From: Macrostomum hystrix
Lineage: Eukaryota > Animalia > Platyhelminthes
Reading direction: 5' to 3'
Assembly: GCA_950097015.1 (NCBI GenBank)
Contig: CATNEN010000003.1
Coordinates: 9,548,001-9,612,000, forward strand
DNA: 64,000 nt
How positions within the stretch are numbered: the first letter of the stretch is position 1; each line of letters starts with the position of its first letter. A program made the position numbers and the translations under genes. Below are positions 13,501 through 24,519 of the stretch, piece by piece. The notes under the pieces are model-generated. The model ran no database searches. It was not told where the DNA came from and saw only the letters and a list, made by a program, of their open reading frames with translations.

Positions 13501-16500
13501 TATCTTCCGCTCCCCTTGTGTTGTTTTCCGCCCTCAGTTCCGCCCCCTTAGGTTTTCCGCCCTCATTTCTGCCGCCTACTTATCTTCCGCTCCCCTTGTG
13601 TTGTTTTCCGCCCTCAATTCCGCCCCTTTAGGTTTTCCGCCCTCATTTCTGCCGCCTACTTATCTTCCGCTCCCCTTGTGTTGTTTTCCGCCCTCAATTC
13701 CGCCCCTTTAGGTTTTCCGCCCTCATTTCTGCCGCCTACTTATCTTCCGCTCCCTTAGTGTTGTTTTCCGCCCTCAATTTCGCCCCCTTAGTTTTTCCGC
13801 CCTCATTTCTGCCGCCTACTTATCTTCCGCTATCTTTGTGTTGTTTTCCGCACTCAGTTCCGCCCCCTTGGGTTTTCCGCCCTCATTTCTGCCGCCTACT
13901 TATAATTTGCCCCCTTTGTGTTTTCCGCCCTCAGTTCCGCCCCCTTGGGTTTTCCGCCCTCATTTCTGCCGCCTACTTATAATTTGCCCCCTTTGTGTTT
14001 TCCGCCCTCAGTTCCGCCCCCTTGGGTTTTCCGCCCTCATTTCTGCCGCCTACTTATAATTTGCCCCCTTTGTGTTTTCCGCCCTCGATTCCGCCCCCTT
14101 GGGTTCTCCGCTCTCATTTCTGCCGCCTACTTATCTTCCGCTATCTTTGTGTTGTTTTCCGCCCTCAGTTCCGCCCCCTTAGGTTTTCCGCCCTCATTTC
14201 TGCCGCCTACTTATAATTTGCCCCCTTTGTGTTTTCCGCCCTCAGTTCCGCCCCCTTGGGTTTTCCGCCCTCATTTCTGCCGCCTACTTATAATTTGCCC
14301 CCTTTGTGTTTTCCGCCCTCAATTCCGCCCCCTTAGGTTTTCCGCCCTCATTTCTGCCGCCTACTTATCTTCCGCTCCCCTTGTGTTGTTTTCCGCACTC
14401 AATTCCACCCCCTTAGGTTTTCCGCCCTCATTTCTGCCGCCTTCTTATCTTCCGCTCCCCTTGTGTTGTTTTCCGCCCTCAGTTCCGCCCCCTTAGGTTT
14501 TCCGCCTTCATTTCTGCCGCCTACTTATCTTCCGCTCCCTTTGTGTTGTTTTCCGCCCTCAATTCCGCCCCCTTAGGTTTTCCGCCCTCATTTCTGCCGC
14601 CTACTTATCTTCCGCTCCCTTTGTGTTGTTTTCCGCCCTCAATTCCGCCCCCTTAGGTTTTCCGCCCTCATTTCTGCCGCCTACTTATCTTCCGCTCCCT
14701 TTGTGTTGTTTTCCGCCCTCAATTCCGCCCCCTTAGGTTTTCCGCCCTCATTTCTGCCGCCTACTTATCTTCCGCTCCCCTTGTGTTGTTTTCCGCCCTC
14801 AATTCCGCCCCTTTAGGTTTTCCGCCCTCATTTCTGCCGCCTACTTATCTTCCGCTCCCCTTGTGTTGTTTTCCGCCCTCAATTCCGCCCCTTTAGGTTT
14901 TCCGCCCTCATTTCTGCCGCCTACTTATCTTCCGCTCCCTTAGTGTTGTTTTCCGCCCTCAATTTCGCCCCCTTAGGTTTTCCGCCCTTATTTCTGCCGC
15001 CTACTTATCTTCCGCTATCTTTGTGTTGTTTTCCGCCCTCAGTTCCGCCCCCTTGGGTTTTCCGCCCTCATTTCTGCCGCCTACTTATCTTCCGCTCCCT
15101 TTGTCTTGTTTTCCGCCCTCAATTTCGCCCCCTTAGATTTTCCACCCTGATTTCTGCCGCCTACTTATCTTCCGCTATCTTTGTGTTGTTTTCCGCCCTC
15201 AGTTCCGCCCCCTTAGGTTTTCCGCCCTTATTTCTGCCGCCTACTTATAATTTGCCCCCTTTGTGTTTTCCGCCCTCAGTTCCGCCCCCTTGGGTTTTCC
15301 GCCCTCATTTCTGCCGCCTACTTATAATTTGCCCCCTTTGTGTTTTCCGCCCTCAATTCCGCCCCTTAAGTTTTCCGCCCTCATTTCTGCCGCCTACTTA
15401 TCTTCCGCTTCCCTTGTGTTGTTTTCCGCACTCAATTCCACCCCCTTAGGTTTTCCGCCCTCATTTCTGCCGCCTACTTATCTTCCGCTCCCCTTGTGTT
15501 GTTTTCCGCACTCAATTCCACCCCCTTAGGTTTTCCGCCCTCATTTCTGCCGCCTTCTTATCTTCCGCTCCCCTTGTGTTGTTTTCCGCCCTCAGTTCCG
15601 CCCCCTTAGGTTTTCCGCCCTCATTTCTGCCGCCTACTTATCTTCCGCTCCCCTTGTGTTGTTTTCCGCCCTCAATTCCGCCCCTTTAGGTTTTCCGCCC
15701 TCATTTCTGCCGCCTACTTATCTTCCGCTCCCCTTGTGTTGTTTTCCGCCCTCAATTCCGCCCCTTTAGGTTTTCCGCCCTCATTTCTGCCGCCTACTTA
15801 TCTTCCGCTCCCTTAGTGTTGTTTTCCGCCCTCAATTTCGCCCCCTTAGTTTTTCCGCCCTCATTTCTGCCGCCTACTTATCTTCCGCTATCTTTGTGTT
15901 GTTTTCCGCACTCAGTTCCGCCCCCTTGGGTTTTCCGCCCTCATTTCTGCCGCCTACTTATAATTTGCCCCCTTTGTGTTTTCCGCCCTCAGTTCCGCCC
16001 CCTTGGGTTTTCCGCCCTCATTTCTGCCGCCTACTTATAATTTGCCCCCTTTGTGTTTTCCGCCCTCAGTTCCGCCCCCTTGGGTTTTCCGCCCTCATTT
16101 CTGCCGCCTACTTATAATTTGCCCCCTTTGTGTTTTCCGCCCTCGATTCCGCCCCCTTGGGTTCTCCGCTCTCATTTCTGCCGCCTGCTTATCATCCGCC
16201 CCCTCTCTGCTTTCCGCCCTCAATTCCGCATGCATTATACGCTTCACGTGGCCTCAAATTCTCAACCGCTCAGGTGCCACCGAGTCCGATGACGTGTCCA
16301 TTGTTGGAGGCGGCTCTGCCGCTCAGCAGGCTGTGGCTGCAGTAGGCGCCAAGCGCGGCCTATTCTCCTGGTATCTCATACGCGAGCAGTGCATTCGAAC
16401 TGTGGTTGCTATGCTCAATACTAGCCAAGCTGACGGCGAGGTGGTTCGAGCCTGCTTAAAAATCCTACTCCGCTTTGCTCAGAACAATCCTAATAGGAGA

Positions 16501-19500
16501 AATTTCGTCCTGGACTCGGTGAGGCTCGCCAGCTTAGTTTCGCTCATTCGCCTTCACGGCGCCAATGTTCGCGTTGTCATTGGCGCCGTCGGCATCATCG
16601 CCCACGCTTTGGCCTGCACCCAGTCTGCCGAAGTGGACAATCTGCTAATAGAATTGGACACTTACCAACTGAGGCCTATGTTAGCCAAGGCTTGCGCTGA
16701 ACTGGCTCAGGTATGGCTGACATCATTGAGATAATTTCAATGGGAGAATGAGGATTGAGATATTTTCAAATGGAGAATGAGTATCGGAATATTTTCGACA
16801 GGAGAATGCCCGCTAAAAAATAGGGATGTTTCTTTGGGTGATTCCAGTTGGAATCTGCGGTGTTTCCATAAAAAGAAACAGCCGAACGCTGGAAACATAC
16901 CAATCGGATTAGAATGCTTAGAATCTACCCAACTGGGCGTTTTCTCGGTGCTTCTTGGTGGCGAAATGGAATCACCCAAAGAATCCTCCAGTTCGGAAGA
17001 TTCCATGCTCAGAAACCGCCGAGGAATCGCCCGTAAAGAATTCTCCGGTTACATCGGCTGCTTCCTGGGTGGTTTCCTTAACTCTTGCGAGATAGGGGGG
17101 ATTTTTGTAGATTCCACTCCTATTTTGCACAAATAGGCCCGCCGAAGAAGCAGCCGAATTTTTTACAGGGTGAGGATTGGGATATTTTCAATAGGAGAAT
17201 GAGGATTGGGATATTTTCAATAGGAGAATAAGGAGTAGGATATTTTCAATAGGAGAATGAGGATTAGGATATTTTCAATGGGCGAATGAGGATTCTTTTT
17301 AACACATGGGAGAATGTGGATTGGGTTACTTTCAATAAGATAAAAATGATGGGGAAATTTTCAATGGGAGAATGAGGTTAGGGATATTTCAATGGGGGGA
17401 ATGAGATCGGGATATTTTCAATAAGAGAATGAGGATTGAGATATTTTCAATAGGACAATGAGGATTGGGATATTTTCAATAGGAGAATGAGGATTGGGAT
17501 ATTTTCAATAGGAGAATGAGGATTGGGATATTTTCAATAGGAGAATGAGGATTGGGATATTTTCAATAGGAGAATGAGGATTGGTATGTTTTCAATGGGA
17601 GAATGAGGATCGGGATATTTTCAATAGGAGAATGAGGATGGGGGATATTTTCAATAGGAGAACGAGGATTGGGATATTTTCAATAGGAGAAGGACGATTG
17701 GGATATTTTCAATAGGAGAATGAGGATTGAGATATTTTCAATAGGAGAATGAGGATTGGTATGTTTTCAATGGGAGAATGAGGATCGGGATATTTTCAAT
17801 AGGTAAAGAAGTGGATTGAGTTACTTTCAATAAGATAAAAATGATTGGGATATTTTCAATGGGAGAATGAGGTTAGGGATATTTCAATGGGGCGAAAGGA
17901 TCGGGATATTTTCGATACAACAATGAGGATCGGGAGAATGAAGATTAGGATAGGGTTGGGAGGTTGGGAGGATTAACATCAGACTTGGAGGATTGGTATA
18001 AGAATGTGAATTGGGAAGGGAGAATTGGCATTTAGAATACAACTAATAGGAGAACGATGGTCGGGATAAGAGTGGTAGAATGAGGATTTTGGTGAGATTA
18101 ATAGGATGCGATTTTTTTCGAAATTGAATAGAGTTGCGTTCTCCAAACATTGGCTTGCAGGAGCAGGCCTTTCCTCGGCTAGAATCTCAGCTGCACCGCC
18201 TGCTGCGCCTGTTCCTTCGGCCTCAGCAGCGCGAAGCCCAAGTGCCTGTCGATCATCGGCATCAGCGCGAGATTGACGGCGTCTGCTCAGCATTGGCCAT
18301 CTCGGCTGCAACCGCAGTCAACGCATCGGCCAGCTCCTCCGCCACGTCCAGCGTTGCCGAGAAGCGCCGGTCGAGTTCAACCGTTTCGTCCGGTTCATCG
18401 TCGGCTACGGACAGCGGCCTGACCACCACGACTGATCCGGCTAGCTTCCTGGCCGAATTCTCTTCGGAGACTCCGCCGGGCCTGCTGGCACTCCGCCAGC
18501 TGGACTATCTAGTCAGGGTGCGCGGTCAGGAGCTGCGCGAGATCTTCCAGAAGCAGCATCAGCAGCATCAGCAGCTTCAGTCGCAGCAGCATCATCACTC
18601 TTCAATTGCCAGCGGATCCAATGCTGAACTGCCTATGGCCCCGGCTGCTGTAGCTCTGACTAAGATTCTGCTTAGAGTTCTCTGCGGCGTGTCTGCCGGT
18701 CTAGGTGATGGAGACCATTCTGGGGTGAGTGCCTGGAGACGATGAGAGAATTTATATGGGATCTAGACGTAACCCACGGTGGCTTAGATGGAACCCCGGT
18801 GGCCTAGATAGGGGGGTCGGTGGCAGAGCGGTTATCGCGTTTGCCTCTCGCACCAAGGTCCCTAATTTCGATTCCTCGGGCAGGCCACATTCATTTAAGG
18901 CGCAGCCTCGGAGAGATAGCTTGGGGGCTTGTGGTGCAATTTACGCCATTTAACACCAAACTCCAAGGCACAGTGAAGTGTACACTGCCTGACGATGAGA
19001 AAGTCAGGGCAGATGTACACACCTGTGTGAGTGAGCTCAGGAGTCAGCGAAATGGGCAGAATTGCCTCCTCGTTGGCTGCGGATCTAGTTTCACTGAATG
19101 ATGTGCCGTTGCCCGCAGCCCTCCTGCAATTATTATTATTTTTATTTGGTCAGGCCAGATACAACCATGATGGCCGAGGTAAAACCATGGGACATTTGGG
19201 TTATATAGTTTTAACCCAACCCAACATGGGACCTAGAATGAACTGGAATATTTAATGGAATGAAATGGAATGAAATTATCCATTTCATAAATAGAATAAA
19301 TAAATAGGATAATTAGGACCTAGGAAGGACCACAGGGAAAAGAGGATTTGGATAAGACCGTTAGGATCTAGACGGAACAATGGGGAAGAGAGGAACAGGT
19401 TGAAGACGGTTTAAAGACAATGAGTTGACAAGTAATGATAATAATGATCGTTATCGTTATTTTTTCAGTTAAATTCTAAGCTTAAACTTCCTATTTTCTC

Positions 19501-22020
19501 ATCCACACCTGCAGCAGGCCGGCTTTTCCTCTCTTCCTCTGGCGGAATTTCCACCGCTGCTGCTGACGCTGCCCAATCCGTTTGGCGACTGCTTTGTGGC
19601 TTGCATGCGCACTTTTCAACGCACCTGGACTGAATCGCGAGCCAATAGAGAAGATCTAGGAACTGTAGCCGCTGTTGTTGAAGAACAATTCAGAATGGCA
19701 CTCAAACAGAGGCCTGATACCACCGACAAGCTCAGAAAGGAACTGGACAAGGTTTGTTCGCTGTCATAGTCTGTTGCTTCATTCTGTTACCCATTTATTC
19801 TGTCACTCTCCTATTCTTTCACTATACCATCCCAGTCTACTCAACCATCTCCTATACCATCTCAGTCTACTCAACCATCTCCTATACCATCTCAGTCTAC
19901 TCAACCATTTCCCATACCATCCCAGTCTACTCAACCATCTCCCATACCATCCAGTCTACTCAACCATCTCCCATACCATCCCAGTCTACTCAACCATTTC
20001 CCATACCATCCCAGTCTACTCAACTATCTCCCATACCATCCCAGTCTACTCAACCATCTCCTATACCATCCCAGTCTACTCAACCATTGCCCATACCATC
20101 CCAGTCTACTCAACCATTTCCCATACCATCCCAGTCTACTCAACCATTTCCCATACCATCCCAGTCTACTCAACCATTTCCCATACCATCCCAGTCTACT
20201 CAACCATTTCCCATACCATCCCAGTCTACTCAACCATCTCCCATACCATCCCAGTCTACTCAACCATCTCCTATACCATCTCAGTCTACTCAACCATCTC
20301 CTATACCATCTCAGTCTACTCAACCATTTCCCATACCATCCCAGTCTACTCAACCATCTCCCATACCATCCAGTCTACTCAACCATCTCCCATACCATCC
20401 CAGTCTACTCAACCATTTCCCGTACAATCCCAGTCTACTCAACCATTTCCCGTACAATCCCAGTCTACTCAACCATCTCCTATACCATCTCAGTCTACTC
20501 AACCATTTCCCATACCATCTCAGTCTACTCAACCATTTCCCAAATCATCCCAGTCTACTCGAACACCCCCAAAATCATCTTAGTCTACTCAAGCAGTCTC
20601 CCCAATTCCCCATCCCGCAGGTATCCTACGAGGATGTAAAATCGCGCTGGCGCAGCGCCCTCAGCAGCGGGGACGATGGCGCCCTGCGCTACCTCACAGC
20701 CCAGCTGCAGTCGCACGTGACTGATCTCATCGCTCGCCAACGCCTTGCCTACATGCGACAGGGCACAATGTTTTCTAGACTAGTCCGATCTAGCGGCACG
20801 CGTAAGCAGACCAATCAGAGGCTTCACCTGTCACTGTCCGCCAATGGAAAGCAGTTGTTGTTTAAAACTCCCGAACCGGCGTTGGAACATCACCAGGCTC
20901 AGCAGGTGCAGTCATCAGCTTCTGTCTATAAGGTGCCGTTGCAGAATGTAACTCGCCTTGAAATTGGTCGAGAATCAATCAGTGTAGTTGATTCTAGACA
21001 TCTTAAACAGGTGTCGGATTATCTTATACAGCTGTTTTACAGGTTGGTCATTTGTAGTTTTATTCCAACATCCTCAGTGTCTGTTTAAATCCCAGACCTA
21101 TTCCAACATCCTCAGTGTCTGTTTAAATCCCAGACTTATTCCAACATCCTCAGTGTCTGTTTAAATCCCAGACTTATTATAATATCCTCTATGCCTGTTT
21201 AAATCCCAGTCTTATTATAATATCCTCAGTGTCTGTTTAAATCCCAGACTTATTATAATATCCTCTATGCCTGTTTAAATCCCAGACTTATTATAATATC
21301 CTCTATGCCTGTTTAAATCCCAGACTTATTCCAACATCCTCAGTGTCTGTTTAAATCCCAGACTTATTCCAACATCCTCAGTGTCTGTTTAAATCCCAGA
21401 CTTATTATAATATCCTTTATGCCTGTTTAAATCCCAGACTTATTATAATATCCTCAATGCCTGTTTAAATTCCATTTTTCTATTCTAACCTATACTTAGA
21501 CCTTATATTCCTTTTCTCCCAGTTTCTTCTAATATCCCAATTCCTACTTTCACCTTGCTAGTTCCTATTTCTCCATGGACTTCCCCACTTGTGATATAAA
21601 TAGATTTTCGATGTCCCAAACTCCTACACTCGCAGTGGCCATGCTAACGAATTCGGCGAACTAACCGAAGCTGCAGCTCAGCAGCAGCAGCAGCAGCTTC
21701 TGCTACAGCAACAGCAGCAGCAGATTGGAGCATTGCAGATTGGCGGCTTACAGTCGGCGGCTAGCAGTGAATCGGAGGTGAGCTGCCTGCTGCACACTGA
21801 TGACGCCGAAGCCTTCCACTATTGGTCGGACGGTTTGAACTATCTGACTGGTGCCCAGATGAAATCACCGCTGCATCGGAAACAACTGGACGGATTTGTT
21901 CGCCTTGAACTTGAAGCCAGACTGGTTGTGCTGGCACAGGCTGGCGTCAGTGCCGCCGCCCTAGCCGCATCTGCTCAGCCTACCGTGTGTGAGCCGCCTG
22001 ATAATTATAACTTTGCCTGA
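7543..22020 (+). CDS. ELMO: ELMO/CED-12-like engulfment and cell motility protein, ~946 aa; exons 7543-7878, 9186-9478, 10214-10380, 16274-16710, 18161-18724, 19515-19751, 20621-21042, 21636-22020
   Basis: All junctions are GT-AG with matching phases; 2841 nt total. Motifs: ELM-domain FQRTWTESRANREDLGTVAAVVEEQFRMAL; PH start LIARQRLAYMRQGTMF; C-terminus WSDGLNYLTG...LELEARL...PPDNYNF (ELMO1: WTDGLNALLG...MEIKLRL...EPSNYDF). Confidence 0.9.
7905..9135. repeat. Intronic minisatellite, 32-bp unit (TGAATCCTTCAGGCTCTCTACTGTGAATCTTT) with a 23-bp deletion variant
   Basis: Direct tandem repetition filling ELMO intron 1. Confidence 0.95.
9555..10190. repeat. Intronic minisatellite, 24-bp unit (TCCTTCAGTTCCGCTTCCCATGGA)
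   Basis: Tandem repetition in ELMO intron 2; explains the overlapping repetitive ORFs. Confidence 0.95.
10390..16230. repeat. 5.8-kb intronic satellite, 80-bp unit (77-bp variant), with a 2058-bp higher-order duplication
   Basis: Unit TAGGTTTTCCGCCCTCATTTCTGCCGCCTACTTATCTTCCGCTCCCCTTGTGTTGTTTTCCGCCCTCAATTCCGCCCCCT; identical ORFs are offset by 2058 nt (12885/14943, 13205/15263, 13758/15816). Confidence 0.97.
16735..17950. repeat. Intronic minisatellite, 29-bp unit (GAATGAGGATTGGGATATTTTCAATAGGA), interrupted by the MITE
   Basis: Tandem repetition in ELMO intron 4. Confidence 0.9.
16809..17170. mobile_element. 362-bp MITE with CCC...GGG termini and 2-bp TG target-site duplication (CMC/EnSpm-like)
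   Basis: Interrupts the host repeat unit GGAGAATG|AGGATT with TG on both sides; imperfect TIRs: CCCGCTAAAAAATAGGGATGTTTCTT on the left, CCCTGTAAAAAATTCGGCTGCTTCTT on the right (reverse complement). Confidence 0.75.
18811..19145 (+). mobile_element. tRNA-derived SINE, family A copy 1, with (ATT)n tail
   Basis: A-box-like TGGCAGAGCGG and B-box-like TTCGATTCC; homologous to 22307-22640 and 24787-25140. Confidence 0.85.
19822..20595. repeat. Intronic minisatellite, 30-bp unit (CCATCCCAGTCTACTCAACCATTTCCCATA)
   Basis: Tandem repetition in ELMO intron 6. Confidence 0.95.
21060..21472. repeat. Intronic minisatellite, 38-bp unit (TATTCCAACATCCTCAGTGTCTGTTTAAATCCCAGACT)
   Basis: Tandem repetition in ELMO intron 7, with two unit variants. 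Confidence 0.93.
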
Positions 22021-22306
22021 TTGATTCAATCAGCAGCCTAATGGACTAGTGCCACTAATCCTATTTCTACTCTCTGTACTTCTCTTATTTTAATCGTGTT
22101 ACCATGCTAATTAGCTAGCTGAATAGTTGGCCTTTAGAGCGTCTTTTTGTTCAGAGCCCTCTTTTTTTTAAAGGCCTACGAAAATCGCAGATAATTTTTT
22201 CTCTAGCAACCACAGAAATCGACAATTGTTATAGTTGAATAACCTTGAAATTTCTTTAGTCCAATAAAATTAATTGAACCCACGATTTCTATGGTCCAAG
22301 TACCAA

Positions 22307-22640
22307 GGGGGTGAGCGATTAACCCGTTTGCCTCTCGCACCAAGGTCCCTAAGTTCGATTCCGCGGCGAGGCCACATTCATTTGGGGCGCAGCCGCGGAG
22401 AGAAGGCTTGGGGGCTTGTCGTGCAATTTACGCCCTTGAGGGCCAACCTCCAAGGGCACAGTCAGAGTGTACACTGCCTGACGATGAGAAAGTCAGGTCA
22501 GATGTACACACCTGTGTGAGCGTGTGCCTGTGTACAGTATCTGTGTGCGTGTATGCTCAGGAGTCAGCGAAATGAGCAGAATTGCCTCCTCGCTGGCTGC
22601 GGGTCTAGTGTCACCAAATGATGTCCCATTGCCCGCAGTT
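22307..22640 (+). mobile_element. tRNA-derived SINE, family A copy 2
   Basis: B-box GTTCGATTCC; body nearly identical to 24787-25140. Confidence 0.85.
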
Positions 22641-23004
22641 CTTTTAATAGTCCAAAAGCCTTCAAGAATCTACGATTTCTTTAGTTATAGTTGGAAAATC
22701 GGCAGTTTTCCTAGAATTTAACCACCTCAAGGGCGGTCGTGTTTTTTAATACATTTTAATTGATTGGTGTGAACTGTTAATTCTTTGTGTATTATTAAAT
22801 ATTTGTGATTTTATAATAATTTGTATTCTATAGTATCAGAATGTTTCGTTTTAAACGCTAGTAGCAAATGTACTAATCCTACATTATTTGTTTTATTTTT
22901 TTGTTACCTCTCAGTGTATATTTTATAGTACTACTAATAATTGAAGTAGTATAGTGACACATTTATACTACCTTTTCGTTACTAAAATTACTGAATAATT
23001 GATT

Positions 23005-23275
23005 ACACCTGTCCCAATAGGGACAGATGTGCAGCCGACAGCACAGCCGCAGCTATTGCGCGGCGCATCTGAAGGCTGCGTACAGCTGTTCAGTCCATGG
23101 ACTGGGGGGGCGCCACACTCAGCCTCAATTACCCCGCTAATGCCCATCGAACCCATTTAACAGCTGGGTGAACTGAAGCAATACAGAGTAAAGTGTCTTG
23201 CTTAAGGACACAAATTGTTCCAGTGCAGTCGAGAATCGAACCCTCGACCTTTAAGTCCACACGACCACAAGGCGA
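23005..23275 (-). mobile_element. tRNA-derived SINE, family B
   Basis: Reverse complement has B-box GGTTCGATTCT and core GTGTCCTTAAGCAAGACACTTTAC...TTCACCCAGCTG..AAATGGGT; homologous to 34754-34960 and 44770-45006. Confidence 0.8.
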
Positions 23276-24519
23276 CAACCCCTTTTTAGTTACTGATCCA
23301 ACGATAATAGTGAATACATTCCACTCACTAATGCTAGTAAGTGTAATAGCGAATATATGCTACTTAATAAATTTAGTTGCATGAAAACCAGCATACTACT
23401 TACCTTTTTTAGTAGTATAATTATGTTTTTAGTTTTGCCTTTGTTTGTTATAATCAAGTCGGCTACAAAAAGTGTACACTATTTATTACTTAAATTCTGT
23501 AGAGGTATACCTTTTATTCCAAAGTTACGCAAAATCTATTTATTTGGAATGAACGAATTTGCATAGATTTTCATGCCTAACAGTTGTATGGAACCGTGTT
23601 TAAATACATGTTTTTGTTTGCACTATTTCTAACGACATCTATCGCCTGTTGCATAATTCAGAACATTAGCTCAGTAGCATCTTCAGAACATTTTAACGAT
23701 TTGTAACTAGTGTTTAAAGGTGTGTGAATCGTGCTACTCTTAGTAGAAGATTGCGCACAACTATTACTAAATGTCCTATTTCTACTATTTTCATCAGAAT
23801 GTCTTCCAATGAATCGAACAGTAGTATTTTGTAGTTGTTGTGTCTCTTTTTTATTCGAAGCATGCTTTCAACTTTGATTTTCAGGATCTTTATATAAATT
23901 TGTAACTTTCGGAAACTAAACAAGAACTGTTTAACATATTTTAGTTAGTTTTATTGAATTGTGTCAAGCTGCTTCGTTCAATATGTTTTGTTTACTTGCA
24001 CATGTTATTTAAAAATCCGTAAATATTGAGAGGCCAACCAATAAATACACTTTTTATAAATGACGATTTTTAATCATTAGTGCGTGACGTTATTTACTTT
24101 ATTTCGTTAATTTTCACGACAGATTCGCGTTCTGTTATTTCAAAGGTGATATAATTTTAGTTTTTATTGATTTATTGCTTCTTTAACAGTAGAAGGACTG
24201 CACTCTCATCGGATAGAGTGAAAACTATTAGACCGTTCATGCCGATTGGTTGAATATTTTGTGAGATACAGAAAAAAAGAAAAAAAAAATTTGGCAGAAT
24301 TTCGAGTAGCCAAAAAACTCTAAGTTTAAGCCTGTTTTCTAGAATTTAACAACCCTAATGACGTTTATTCTACTTCTGATTAAAATTGAAGATAGAAATA
24401 TATGTTTATATATGTTGTCAAAATGTGATTCTTAAATTATTAATAAACTTTTTTTATTCCAGAATTCGTAAAAATAATCAAGAAACCCGTAAAAAAGTTA
24501 AAACAAATTCAATCAAAAA

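Noticed and set aside
9529-16200. Repetitive ORFs in the 24-bp and 80-bp arrays (also at 19675-20583, 31151-32040, 35580-36005, 46734-47326, 52111-53177, 53642-54341)
   Set aside because: They are by-products of tandem units, open in several frames and on both strands, and flanking exons splice around the intronic ones in phase.
10390-16230. CRISPR-like appearance of the regular arrays
   Set aside because: Units are head-to-tail without unique spacers, there are no cas genes, and the context is eukaryotic.
21001-21012. Donor at 21010 (AAACAG|GTGTCG) for ELMO exon 7
   Set aside because: It creates an in-frame stop in the last exon; the donor at 21042 restores frame and homology.
19754-21088. 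444-aa mucin-like ORF reading through ELMO intron 6
   Set aside because: The intron is 869 nt, so retention would shift the frame; the open frame comes from the 30-bp unit.
22580-22640. GCCTCCTCGCTGGC in SINE A matches the HDV ribozyme P3/L3 sequence
   Set aside because: The GG needed for P1.1 is absent after the putative P1 strand, the P1 partner lies downstream as a plain hairpin, and I found no P2 or J4/2.
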